From a virus (lineage: Duplodnaviria > Heunggongvirae > Uroviricota > Caudoviricetes): a stretch of 45,442 bases of DNA. The notes beneath the pieces were generated by a model. It did no database searches. It saw nothing but the letters and a program-made list of their open reading frames with translations, and was not told the DNA's origin. Positions within the stretch are counted from its first letter, which is position 1, and each line of letters opens with the position of its first letter. Location of the stretch: positions 1 to 45,442 of IMG/VR virus record IMGVR_UViG_2534681703_000014. One strand, written 5' to 3'. Shown one piece after another: positions 8,325 to 16,843 of the stretch. Made by a program: the position numbers and the translations under genes.

Positions 8325-8395
8325 CTCGCAATATTCATACCGGATCACTTCCGGCAATTTGTGAGTAAAAAGATTCGGTATCAAAAGAGGTGAGT

Positions 8396-9436
8396 ATGGC
8401 TAACGCCTGGCTCAGATTATGGCATGACATGCCAAACGATCCTAAGTGGCGAACAATTTCCAGGTTGTCAGGACAGCCAATCGCAACAGTGATGGCTGTG
8501 TATATCCACCTTCTGGTGAGTGCGTCACGAAATGTCACGACATGTCACGGTGTGTCACTACGTGGTCACATTGATGTCACGGCGGAAGATTTAGCAAGTG
8601 CGCTTGATGTGACGGAAGAAGTAATTGATTCAATTTTACAGGCAATGCAGGGACGGGTACTTGATGGAGATTTGATCAGTGGATGGGAAAAACGCCAGGT
8701 ACTGAAAGAGGACAATGGCAACGTTTCACAAACCGCGAAATCCCCGGCAGAGCGCAAGAGAGCGCAGCGCGAGAGGGAAAAATTACGAAAACAGAATGAG
8801 GGGGCGCGCGACGAGTCACGCATCTGTCACGACATGTCACGACGAGTCACGACAGATAAAGATACAGATAAAGAATTAAACCCCACACATAACGCGCGCG
8901 TGCGAGAGAGTGCTCCTGCCAGTGAGGCAAATGGCGTGCCGTTGCAAACAGCGGAACCTGATTACCTGGAAGGCCTGAGCGAACCCATCGGGAAATTTCC
9001 GATGACCGATGGCTGGCATCCGTCGCCGGATTTTCGACGACGGGCTGCGCTGTGGGGCGTGGCTCTTCCTGAGCCGGAATTTACACCAGCTGAACTTTCC
9101 GCCTTCCGGGACTACTGGGCAGCGGAGGGCAAAGTGTTCACGCAGGTTCAGTGGGAGCAGAAATTCGCCCGTCACGTAAATCACGTCAGGGCGCAGGCTA
9201 AACCAGTCAGCAAGGGGGTAAACCATGCAGCAGCACCAGGTGGCACCGCATCACGGGCAGTTCAGGAAATTCGGGCAGCACGTGAGCAGTGGGAACGTGA
9301 AAACGGATTTATCAGCGACGGAAACGGCCTGGAAGCTGTGGGAACTCATGGGGGAGGTTTATTCGAACCGCTGGACCCAGAAGAACGGGGCCGCACCTTC
9401 GAAGCTCTGGATTGCACAGATTGGCGCGATGACTGA
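8396..9436 (+). CDS. Replication initiation protein (YdaU/DUF1376-like N-terminus, DnaT-like C-terminal region); O analogue
   Basis: N-terminus MANAWLRLWHDMPNDPKWRTI; AGAGGTGA SD; internal iteron clusters as in lambda O/ori. Confidence 0.65.
   Translation: MANAWLRLWHDMPNDPKWRTISRLSGQPIATVMAVYIHLLVSASRNVTTCHGVSLRGHIDVTAEDLASALDVTEEVIDSILQAMQGRVLDGDLISGWEKRQVLKEDNGNVSQTAKSPAERKRAQREREKLRKQNEGARDESRICHDMSRRVTTDKDTDKELNPTHNARVRESAPASEANGVPLQTAEPDYLEGLSEPIGKFPMTDGWHPSPDFRRRAALWGVALPEPEFTPAELSAFRDYWAAEGKVFTQVQWEQKFARHVNHVRAQAKPVSKGVNHAAAPGGTASRAVQEIRAAREQWERENGFISDGNGLEAVGTHGGGLFEPLDPEERGRTFEALDCTDWRDD
8522..8853. repeat. Two clusters of (T)GTCACG iterons inside the O-like gene; candidate replication origin
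   Basis: GTCACG at 8524, 8535, 8544 and 8576 with GTCAC variants at 8554 and 8565; second cluster at 8815, 8826, 8836 and 8847; followed by an A/T-rich AGATAAAG-repeat stretch at 8852-8880. Confidence 0.55.
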
Positions 9437-9890
9437 GCAGCAAATCCGACAGGTCTGCCGCCAGTGCATGGACCGCTGCCGGGCGGGTGAAACATGGCCT
9501 CCGGACCTGGCTGAGTTTGTGGCACTGATTTCGGAGAGTGGGGCAAATCCATTTGGTCTGACGGTGGATGCTGTGATGGAGGAGTACCGTCGCTGGCGCA
9601 ATGAGTCCTGGCGATACGACGGAAGCGATAAATACCCATGGACTCAGCCTGTGCTGTATCACATTTGCCTCGAGATGCGTTCAAAGGGGATTGAGCGCCA
9701 GATGACCGAAGGGGAATTAAAACGGCTTGCAGAACGGCAGCTGACGAAATGGGCAAAGCATGTTAGTAACGGCCTGAGCGTTCCGCCAGTCCGGCGACAA
9801 CTGGCGGCACCCAAACGCCCGTCGGGACCAACGCCAATTGAGTTACTGAAACAGGAATATGAACGCCGGAAAGCGGCTGGGTTTGTTTGA
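9225..9890 (+). CDS. Replication protein P-like (helicase loader analogue)
   Basis: C-terminal half has lambda P-like pattern (...YPW...[10 protein letters not shown]...); GGGGG SD before ATG 9225; alternative ATG at 9429 overlaps the O stop. Confidence 0.55.
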   Translation: MQQHQVAPHHGQFRKFGQHVSSGNVKTDLSATETAWKLWELMGEVYSNRWTQKNGAAPSKLWIAQIGAMTEQQIRQVCRQCMDRCRAGETWPPDLAEFVALISESGANPFGLTVDAVMEEYRRWRNESWRYDGSDKYPWTQPVLYHICLEMRSKGIERQMTEGELKRLAERQLTKWAKHVSNGLSVPPVRRQLAAPKRPSGPTPIELLKQEYERRKAAGFV

Positions 9891-9924
9891 GTTGAGAAGT
9901 AATTTTTACCGGGAGGAAATTTTA

Positions 9925-10686
9925 ATGGAGACCGTTTTTGACGCACTGAAAGCGATGGGAAAAGCTACGTCGGTAGAACTGGCTGAGCGACTTGATATCA
10001 GTCGTGAAGAAGTGCTGAACGAACTATGGGAACTGAAAAAGGCTGGTTTCGTTGATAAAAGCGCGTACACCTGGCGTGTGGCTGATAACAACGTTCAGCA
10101 GGAACAGCCAGCGCCAGAAGAACAGCCGGAAGAAACCTCCACGGCGACAGTAGCGAAAATCTCAGAGTGCGATTTAACCGCGACGATTGAACAACGCGGA
10201 CCACAAACGGCTGATGAGCTGGCTACATTGTTTGGTACCACATCACGCAAAGTGGCTTCAACGCTGGCAATGGCAATCAGCAAAGGCCGTCTGATTCGTG
10301 CTAATCAGGACGGTAAATTTCGTTACTGTATGCCGGGCGATAATTTACCAGCAGAGCCGAAAGCAGCATCGGTAGCGGAAACTGATGGTAAAGCCTTTCC
10401 TCAGCCTGCATGCGTTGCGTTACCAGTACAGGAAGCTGCAACACAGGAAGATATTAAAACAGAGACTGTGGCGGACATTGTGCAGTCGCTGCCATCGTTT
10501 ACTGAAACGCGAGCGGATGACCTGGTTTTACCATCGCTGCATATGGCAAACCGCGAACTGCGTCGGGCGAAAAATCATGTCCAGAAGTGGGAGCGAGTCT
10601 GCGCCGCGCTGCGGGAGCTGAACAAGCACCGGGATATTGTACGACAGATTACTGATTCTTCCCGCCATGTTGCATCGGAAAAGTGA
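9925..10686 (+). CDS. Hypothetical protein with winged-helix-like N-terminus (253 aa)
   Basis: ATG 9925 with GGGAGG SD; N-terminus [29 protein letters not shown] resembles a DNA-binding wHTH. Confidence 0.5.
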   Translation: METVFDALKAMGKATSVELAERLDISREEVLNELWELKKAGFVDKSAYTWRVADNNVQQEQPAPEEQPEETSTATVAKISECDLTATIEQRGPQTADELATLFGTTSRKVASTLAMAISKGRLIRANQDGKFRYCMPGDNLPAEPKAASVAETDGKAFPQPACVALPVQEAATQEDIKTETVADIVQSLPSFTETRADDLVLPSLHMANRELRRAKNHVQKWERVCAALRELNKHRDIVRQITDSSRHVASEK

Positions 10687-10701
10687 TTGCCGGAGGCACC
10701 T

Positions 10702-11118
10702 GTGGCAAAAGTATTTACACCAGAAGAGCGGGAAAAAATTAAAGGGCAGGTTATTGAACTCGTGCGCCAGAGTGGGCGCGAGACGTTACGGCAACTGGAA
10801 GCTAAAACAGGGGCGACAAGATACCTGATGAGCGTTCTCGCCAGAGAGCTGGTTGCCAGTGGTGATGTATACAACTCTGGCTACGGGTTATTCCCGTCTG
10901 AACAGGCTCGTAAGGACTGGATAAAGGCCCGCAAAAAGATGTCGAAAGCAGCAGTGAAAAAAAAGAGCGACCCGGACTTGGTTTATTCATTACCAGACGG
11001 AGAAATACGTCGTTACAACAGACGACAGAACATAATCTGTCGCGAGTGCCGGAAGAGTGAGGTTATGCAGCGAGTGCTGGCGTTTTATCAGGGGAATTTT
11101 GAGGAGGAGGTACTGTGA
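10702..11118 (+). CDS. Hypothetical nin-region protein
   Basis: GTG 10702 preceded by GGAGG; the track's upstream start corresponds to TTG. Confidence 0.45.
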   Translation: MAKVFTPEEREKIKGQVIELVRQSGRETLRQLEAKTGATRYLMSVLARELVASGDVYNSGYGLFPSEQARKDWIKARKKMSKAAVKKKSDPDLVYSLPDGEIRRYNRRQNIICRECRKSEVMQRVLAFYQGNFEEEVL

Positions 11119-11175
11119 GTGAAATTAGCTATCAGGCTTCAATTACCGCTGGCATTCGCATCAAAGGAGAGGAGC

Positions 11176-11535
11176 ATGGAAATAAAACCAGAAGATGAGT
11201 TAAGTAATATTGTTTTATTTCCGGTAAAAGAGGATGACCCACGTAATCAGGTTAATTTTCTTTATGAGCCATCGGAAAGACCATGCTGCCATCACGCTTC
11301 TGTCCGGGTTGACGAAAAAGAGCGTCAGGTCCGCTGTAAAATCTGCGGTGCAGTTGTGGAGCCATTTGACTGGATGCTCTCTGTGGCGAAAAGAGAAACC
11401 AGACTGGCAGATGGTGTAAAACAATTGCGTCAGGAGGAACGGGAAAGACGGAAAAATATAGAAAAGTTAATTCAGATTGAGCGTAACGCGAAAGCGCGGA
11501 TACGCAGGGCGAAAAAAACAGAACTGAATAATTAA
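11176..11535 (+). CDS. Hypothetical Cys-rich (zinc-ribbon-like) protein, 119 aa
   Basis: ATG 11176 with AAAGGAGAGGAG SD; CCHH...CKICG motif. Confidence 0.5.
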   Translation: MEIKPEDELSNIVLFPVKEDDPRNQVNFLYEPSERPCCHHASVRVDEKERQVRCKICGAVVEPFDWMLSVAKRETRLADGVKQLRQEERERRKNIEKLIQIERNAKARIRRAKKTELNN

Positions 11536-11679
11536 ATTTAGCACTGTAAATAATTTTAATCCTTAACCTGAGGGATTTCTGCACCCTCAGAACATCAGTA
11601 GGCCGCCCGAAAGGGCGGGAAGCAGTCACACATTTGTTTCCGATAGTCCCGTTCTAATGCTAGACTATTTGATATTTTC

Positions 11680-12366
11680 ATGACCACAATAAATACGTTT
11701 ATGACAGTTGCTGATTTCAAACGGCCTAAATTGGAGCTCCCAAACGGGGCAAACAAACTACTACTGCACTCTTGCTGTGCTCCATGTTCCGGTGAAGTGA
11801 TGGAGGCGCTTCAGGCCTCGGGAATCGACTACACCATCTTTTTCTACAACCCGAACATTCATCCTCAGAAAGAGTATTTAATTCGTAAGGATGAGAATAT
11901 TCGCTTTGCTGAACAACACGGCGTGCAGTTTATCGATGCTGATTACGACACAGACAACTGGTTTGAACGTGCCAAAGGAATGGAATGGGAGCCCGAGAGG
12001 GGGATCCGTTGTACCATGTGTTTTGACATGCGTTTTGAGCGGACAGCGTTGTACGCTGCTGAAAATGGTTTCAGTGTGATCAGCAGTTCGCTGGGCATTT
12101 CACGCTGGAAAAATATGCAGCAGGTTAACGACTGTGGGCGGCGAGCCGTCGCGCATTATCCGGGAATGGTGTACTGGGATTATAACTGGCGCAAGCAGGG
12201 CGGCTCGTCCCGTATGATTGAAATCAGCAAGCGCGAAAAATTCTATCAGCAGGAATATTGTGGCTGTGTGTATTCTCTGCGCGATACCAATCTACACCGC
12301 AAATCTCAGGGACGCCCTCTTATCAAAATTGGTCAACTCCACTACGGTAAAGAAGAGAAGGAGTGA
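11680..12366 (+). CDS. queH: Epoxyqueuosine reductase QueH family (DUF208)
   Basis: N-terminal [11 protein letters not shown] and later CGCVYS motifs match the QueH/DUF208 Cys signature as I recall it; 228 aa. Confidence 0.7.
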   Translation: MTTINTFMTVADFKRPKLELPNGANKLLLHSCCAPCSGEVMEALQASGIDYTIFFYNPNIHPQKEYLIRKDENIRFAEQHGVQFIDADYDTDNWFERAKGMEWEPERGIRCTMCFDMRFERTALYAAENGFSVISSSLGISRWKNMQQVNDCGRRAVAHYPGMVYWDYNWRKQGGSSRMIEISKREKFYQQEYCGCVYSLRDTNLHRKSQGRPLIKIGQLHYGKEEKE

Positions 12367-12602
12367 TTTTATGGATCACCTTTCTGATTGATTTCATATT
12401 GGCGAGGTAGCAGGAGTTAAGTAGAATTGCTGCGGGTGCTTGAGGCTATCTGTCTCAGGCATGAACACCAAAAGGCAGATAGAGAAAAGCCCCAGTTAAC
12501 ATTACGCGTCCTGCAAGACGCTTAACATTAATCTGAGGCCATATCTATGCGACACATAGAGATTAGCCTCTTACGGACCGAAAGGTCAAGGAGAAGCAGG
12601 CT

Positions 12603-12758
12603 ATGAAGCAGCGAAAGGCGATGTTAATCGCCCTGATCGTCATCTGTTTAACCGTCATAGTGACGGCACTGGTAACGAGGAAAGACCTCTGCGAGGTACG
12701 AATCCGAACCGGCCAGACGGAGGTCGCTGTCTTCACAGCTTACGAACCTGAGGAGTAA
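12603..12758 (+). CDS. hok: Hok/Gef-family type I toxin (51 aa)
   Basis: Translation MKQRKAMLIALIVICLTVIVTALVTRKDLCEVRIRTGQTEVAVFTAYEPEE aligns by eye with Hok ([52 protein letters not shown]); not in the ORF track (under 60 aa). Confidence 0.7.
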   Translation: MKQRKAMLIALIVICLTVIVTALVTRKDLCEVRIRTGQTEVAVFTAYEPEE

Positions 12759-12827
12759 GAGACCTGGCGGGGGAGAAATCCCTCGCCACCTCTGATGTGT
12801 CAGGCATCCTCAATGCACCCGCACTTA

Positions 12828-12853
12828 ACCCGCTTCGGCGGGTTTTGTTTTTT
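12828..12853 (+). terminator. Rho-independent terminator downstream of hok
   Basis: Hairpin ACCCGC-TTCG-GCGGGT followed by TTTGTTTTTT. Confidence 0.55.
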
Positions 12854-12925
12854 CTGAGCATCCTGGTTTACAATCTACAGGCCAGCCTGAACAACTGGCA
12901 CCTGCTGCGCCAGCAGAGAAAACCG

Positions 12926-13198
12926 ATGGCGCACAATACCAAACATCACAATTCTGATACCGACCTTGCCAGCTGGCACGGGCGGCGTTCTCATACATTC
13001 AAATATGACTGGTACCAGCATGCCCCATGCACTGAAGAACAGGCCGAATGGCTGATTCAGAACTACCGCAGGCGTGGGTACGACTTTCAGAAAGACCTCG
13101 GCCCTGACTTCCGACACTGGATAATTTCTGTCAGGCTCCCTTATTCCGAACGCCCACCGCGTCCGTCCCGCACATTCCAGCAACGCATCTGGAGGTAA
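12926..13198 (+). CDS. Hypothetical protein (90 aa)
   Basis: ATG 12926 downstream of the terminator; the longer track ORF would read through the terminator hairpin. Confidence 0.4.
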   Translation: MAHNTKHHNSDTDLASWHGRRSHTFKYDWYQHAPCTEEQAEWLIQNYRRRGYDFQKDLGPDFRHWIISVRLPYSERPPRPSRTFQQRIWR

Positions 13199-13199
13199 C

Positions 13200-14255
13200 G
13201 TGCGGGTATTACTTCGACCTGTTCTGGTGCCGGAACTTGGGGTGGTTATCGTTAAGCCAGGTCGTGAATCCATGCAGGTATTCCATAACGGCAGAGTGCT
13301 GGTTGAACCGGAGCCAAAAAGCATGCGCGGTCTGCCGTCCGGGGTCGTTCCTGCCGTTCGCCAGCCGCTGGCGGAGGATAAATCATTACTGCCATTTTTC
13401 AGCGATGAGCGGGTGATTCGTGCTGCTGGTGGTGCTGGTGCATTGTCTGACTGGCTGTTGCGCCATATTAAATCCTGCCAGTGGCCACACGGCGATTATC
13501 ATCACAGCGAAACCGTCATTCACCGTTATGGTACCGGCGCAATGGTGTTGTGCTGGCACTGCGACAACCAGCTGCGTGACCAGACATCCGAATCACTCGA
13601 GCAACTTGCTCATCAAAACCTGTCAGCATGGATGATTGATGTCATACGCCATGCAATGAATGGCACGCAGGAGCGGGAATTATCGCTGGCTGAATTATCC
13701 TGGTGGGCAACCATAAATAACGTAGCGGACGCACTACCGGAGACGGTATTACGTCGTTCGCTGGGATTACGCGCGGAAAAAATCCGCTCGGTGTACCGCG
13801 AAAGCGACATCATACCGGGAGAGCAGACAGCCACCAGCATCCTGAAACAGCGCACAAAAAGTATTGCGCTACTGCCTCACGCCCACCAGCAAAACCCGCC
13901 ACAGGAAAAGACGGTGGTCAGCATTGCCGTTGATCCGGAGTCACCGGCTCAGTATCTCCAGCGCCAGAAACCACAACGGGAAGAGATGCCCGTATACACG
14001 CGCTGGGTAAAAACGCAGAAATGCATGACGTGTGGCAATCAGGCAGATGATCCGCATCACATCATTGGTCATGGACTGGGAGGGATGGGAACAAAGGCTG
14101 ATGATTTGTTTGTTATTCCGCTGTGCCGTAAATGCCATAGCGAACTACACGCCGGGGTAAAAGATTTTGAAGAAAAACACGGCAGCCAGCTGTTGTTGCT
14201 GATTCGTTTTTTAATGCACGCGAGAAATTCGGGTGTCCTGAAGTGGAAAGCATGA
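13200..14255 (+). CDS. DUF968-family protein (YdfU-like), with C-terminal Cys/His cluster
   Basis: GTG start with GGAGG SD; 351 aa; C-terminal CGNQADDPHHIIGHG...CRKCHSELH motif; immediately upstream of rusA as in Qin/DLP12-type prophages. Confidence 0.6.
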   Translation: MRVLLRPVLVPELGVVIVKPGRESMQVFHNGRVLVEPEPKSMRGLPSGVVPAVRQPLAEDKSLLPFFSDERVIRAAGGAGALSDWLLRHIKSCQWPHGDYHHSETVIHRYGTGAMVLCWHCDNQLRDQTSESLEQLAHQNLSAWMIDVIRHAMNGTQERELSLAELSWWATINNVADALPETVLRRSLGLRAEKIRSVYRESDIIPGEQTATSILKQRTKSIALLPHAHQQNPPQEKTVVSIAVDPESPAQYLQRQKPQREEMPVYTRWVKTQKCMTCGNQADDPHHIIGHGLGGMGTKADDLFVIPLCRKCHSELHAGVKDFEEKHGSQLLLLIRFLMHARNSGVLKWKA

Positions 14256-14633
14256 ATGACTGAACGCATAGAATTTGTTTTGCCTTACCCGCCAACGGTG
14301 AACACTTACTGGCGACGTCGTGGCAGCACATATTTTGTATCAAAAGCCGGTGAGCGTTATCGCCGTGATGTGGCGCTTATTGTTCGCCAGCAGCGGCTGA
14401 AATTAAACCTGTCCGGAAGGCTGGCGATAAAGGTGATTGCAGAGCCACCGGATAAGCGCCGCCGCGACCTGGACAATATCCTGAAGGCACCACTGGATGC
14501 GCTGACGCATGCCGGACTACTTATAGACGACGAGCAGTTTGATGAAATCAATATTGTGCGCGGTCAGCTCGTTCCTGGTGGGCGGCTGGGCGTGAAGATT
14601 TGCGAAATCAGAGGCGATGGTAATGGGGCGTGA
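14256..14633 (+). CDS. rusA: Holliday junction resolvase RusA
   Basis: RRRDLDN motif and overall similarity to E. coli RusA by recollection; 125 aa. Confidence 0.8.
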   Translation: MTERIEFVLPYPPTVNTYWRRRGSTYFVSKAGERYRRDVALIVRQQRLKLNLSGRLAIKVIAEPPDKRRRDLDNILKAPLDALTHAGLLIDDEQFDEINIVRGQLVPGGRLGVKICEIRGDGNGA

Positions 14634-14973
14634 TATGTATGAGGTTTTAGATCGCTGGGGGGCATGGGCTGCAGCAGAAAATAGCGGTGTCGATTGGCAA
14701 CCGATAGCAGCGGGCTTCAAGGGGCTTTTGCCACATGGCAAAAAGTCACGTCTCCAGTGTGATGATGATGAAGGCATCATGATAGACGGTTGTGTGGCTC
14801 GGTTGCGAAAGTATAAACCAGAGGAATATGAGCTGCTCATAGCTCACTTTGTTATTGGTGTTTCTCTACGCTCAATCGCGAAGAAACGCAGGTGCTCAGA
14901 TGGAACTATAAGAAAGGAGCTGCAAACTGCATTAGGCTTTATTGATGGATGTATATGCTTGATTCTATCATAA
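14617..14973 (+). CDS. Late-gene antiterminator Q (phage 82/QuuD-like)
   Basis: VLDRWGAW...IAAGFKGL...SRLQCDDD...CSDGTIRKELQ closely resembles the QuuD-type Q sequence I recall; overlaps the rusA 3' end. Confidence 0.75.
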   Translation: MVMGRDMYEVLDRWGAWAAAENSGVDWQPIAAGFKGLLPHGKKSRLQCDDDEGIMIDGCVARLRKYKPEEYELLIAHFVIGVSLRSIAKKRRCSDGTIRKELQTALGFIDGCICLILS

Positions 14974-14986
14974 GTTATGACTGTTA

Positions 14987-15373
14987 CTACTCGTTTGCTT
15001 GAGCTTTCGATTCGGCGTCAGATAAAGCATCAATACGAATATTTATGTTTTTTAATAGCTTATTGTCTAGATCGATAAGACATTGGTTGTAGTGCGCAAT
15101 TTGGTCTGGTGTTAGGTTAGGGTTGGCCAGGCAGTTCGTGATGAATTTTCTGGCCGTTTTTATTTCCCTTTTCATTCTTACATCATTAAGCGTAGGCAAA
15201 CCTATGTAAGCGATAAGAAGAATTACCACATGAGATAAGCCGACAGCAGCTCCAGGCGCCAATGATTTGAAGAAGGCTAATTGAGGAAGCCAGTCAAAAA
15301 GGAAATTCAATCCCGCAGTGATAAGGGTGGTAAACCATGCCTGCATTGCCAGGTAGGATTTAGTGTTCGCCAT
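14987..15373 (-). CDS. Unknown membrane protein (128 aa, about 2 predicted TM helices); third gene of antisense 3-gene cassette
   Basis: Hydrophobic segments WFTTLITAGLNFLF and AVGLSHVVILLIAYIGL; start codon directly abuts the stop of the upstream gene; AT-rich. Confidence 0.5.
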   Translation of the reverse strand: MANTKSYLAMQAWFTTLITAGLNFLFDWLPQLAFFKSLAPGAAVGLSHVVILLIAYIGLPTLNDVRMKREIKTARKFITNCLANPNLTPDQIAHYNQCLIDLDNKLLKNINIRIDALSDAESKAQANE

Positions 15374-15619
15374 TCACCTTCCTGCACTTGCTTCGTTGCG
15401 AGTTTTGAGTTCGCGTAGCAGTAGCGCCAACTCTTCTGCGTCATTTTCGTTTCTAACGCTGACTTTCCTTTTAGCGGTTCTGCCTTCAGGATCGGTGTAG
15501 GTTAGTTCAATATACGCATTCGGCTTTACCCAAACCAAGAACCTAAGCACAGCATATCTGACCGTCGCTGCGACAGCCATGAATACAGTGATGTAAAGCA
15601 TAATGCTTAGGATTGACAT
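15374..15619 (-). CDS. Unknown small membrane protein (81 aa, N-terminal TM); second gene of cassette
   Basis: N-terminal hydrophobic ILSIMLYITVFMAVAATV; 3-nt gap to upstream gene stop. Confidence 0.5.
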   Translation of the reverse strand: MSILSIMLYITVFMAVAATVRYAVLRFLVWVKPNAYIELTYTDPEGRTAKRKVSVRNENDAEELALLLRELKTRNEASAGR

Positions 15620-15622
15620 GAT

Positions 15623-16534
15623 TTAAAGTAGTTTCCTATCTGCCGCCGCTCTGTGGCGTATAACCTTAGTAATACTATAGCGTGGTTTAGACAGCGCGCC
15701 ATTTGTTTCTTTTGTTGTTTCTGTCAGTTCTACAACAAAAAGATCACCCTTACAGAATGCTGCTTGGTTGTGTTCAACCCGTTCAAGAAAAGCCTCATCT
15801 TTCATAGATGCACTAACTTCTTCGCCATTTGGCAGGATGATATCCCAGCTTTTGCCTTGCTTGAATCGAACATTAGCAAAATGTACATTAGCTTGGCGTG
15901 TCGTTACGTGCGTTTTCTCGACAAAGGTGGATTTTGCAGTTTTAAAACTTACTGCTTCAGCTTGCGTCACCCTGACTACCTTATGCTTCTGCTGTGAAAC
16001 TGAGAACGTGGATGGTTTTTCAGTCTGCAGGGGTTTATAGATTAATTTATCCAGTTCTTTTCGGATGATTGGACTGGTTATTAATTTTTGAATGTCGTTA
16101 CTGCATTTAACCTTCTCACCATCCACTTCGATTTCTGCTGTATCTTTTTGTTCATCGACGACAATGGAGCTGATTTTACGCCCTTTGAGCCATTCGATTA
16201 TCCCGAGTACGCCACCTGCGGCAACTCCACCACCTGCAACGAGGCCAAGGGCGTTAATAGTTTTTATGCTCCCCATCACAGCAACAAGCAAAGTAAATGA
16301 ACCTTCTTTTGTTGCCTTGATGTTGACTTTCGGCTCTGCTGTTTCGCCATTAATTATTTTTTCGGCGTGTTCAATCAGGGCACTAAGAGAGGTTAAGGCT
16401 TCGCCTAATGTTTTCGCGTCGATCTGATTATCTGCGTATGCCTCTCCACCGTAGGCAATTTCGATTTCTGTTATTGGCATGTTTTCGAGTTGCTGCGTCA
16501 TCAAAAGCATCCTTTGCGCAAGAGAAATAGCCAC
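15623..16534 (-). CDS. Unknown 303-aa protein with central Gly-rich hydrophobic segment and Lys-rich C-terminal domain; first gene of cassette
   Basis: Long ORF; hydrophobic FTLLVAVMGSIKTINALGLVAGGGVAAGGVLGIIEWL near residues 80-115; start uncertain (GTG 16534, ATG 16510 or 16480); no family recognised. Confidence 0.55.
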   Translation of the reverse strand: MAISLAQRMLLMTQQLENMPITEIEIAYGGEAYADNQIDAKTLGEALTSLSALIEHAEKIINGETAEPKVNIKATKEGSFTLLVAVMGSIKTINALGLVAGGGVAAGGVLGIIEWLKGRKISSIVVDEQKDTAEIEVDGEKVKCSNDIQKLITSPIIRKELDKLIYKPLQTEKPSTFSVSQQKHKVVRVTQAEAVSFKTAKSTFVEKTHVTTRQANVHFANVRFKQGKSWDIILPNGEEVSASMKDEAFLERVEHNQAAFCKGDLFVVELTETTKETNGALSKPRYSITKVIRHRAAADRKLL

Positions 16535-16539
16535 AGGAT

Positions 16540-16622
16540 ACAGATAATTATGAAAAAATCACTAACGCGTACGCAAAAACTATCTTAATCTGTTAAGAGT
16601 GGTCGCTTCGCCACACAACTTA
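16540..16622 (+). promoter_or_regulatory. Candidate late promoter (pR'-like) feeding a short terminated leader
   Basis: GATAAT -10-like hexamer near 16570 about 50 nt upstream of an intrinsic terminator, an arrangement reminiscent of lambda pR'/6S RNA/tR'; no convincing -35. Confidence 0.3.
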
Positions 16623-16647
16623 AACCCGCATCAAGCGGGTTTTTTTG
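16623..16647 (+). terminator. Rho-independent terminator (tR'-like) upstream of the tRNA cluster
   Basis: Hairpin CCCGCA-TCAA-GCGGG followed by TTTTTTTT. Confidence 0.6.
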
Positions 16648-16766
16648 TGTCACTTATCTCGGATAGACATGGTGAATGCGCTGGTGGAGGAGATAAGGGT
16701 GATTTTTAACCAGGTGATTTTTGAATGCTTGCAACATTGATTTCGTAACGTTATTATCCTGCGCCC

Positions 16767-16842
16767 GGCCCTTTAGCTCAGTGGTGAGAGCGAGCGACTC
16801 ATAATCGCCAGGTCGCTGGTTCAAATCCAGCAAGGGCCACCA
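16767..16842 (+). tRNA. tRNA with CAU anticodon, resembling E. coli tRNA-Ile2 (ileX-like); Met cannot be excluded
   Basis: Manual cloverleaf: acceptor GGCCCTT/AAGGGCC, D-arm GCTC..GAGC, anticodon loop CTCATAA, T-arm GCTGG-TTCAAAT-CCAGC, 3' ACCA. Confidence 0.85.
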
Positions 16843-16843
16843 A

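Noticed and set aside
12797-12925. Longer version of the 12926 ORF starting at GTG 12797
   Set aside because: It would translate through the rho-independent terminator hairpin at 12828-12853 that follows hok; the downstream ATG is more plausible.
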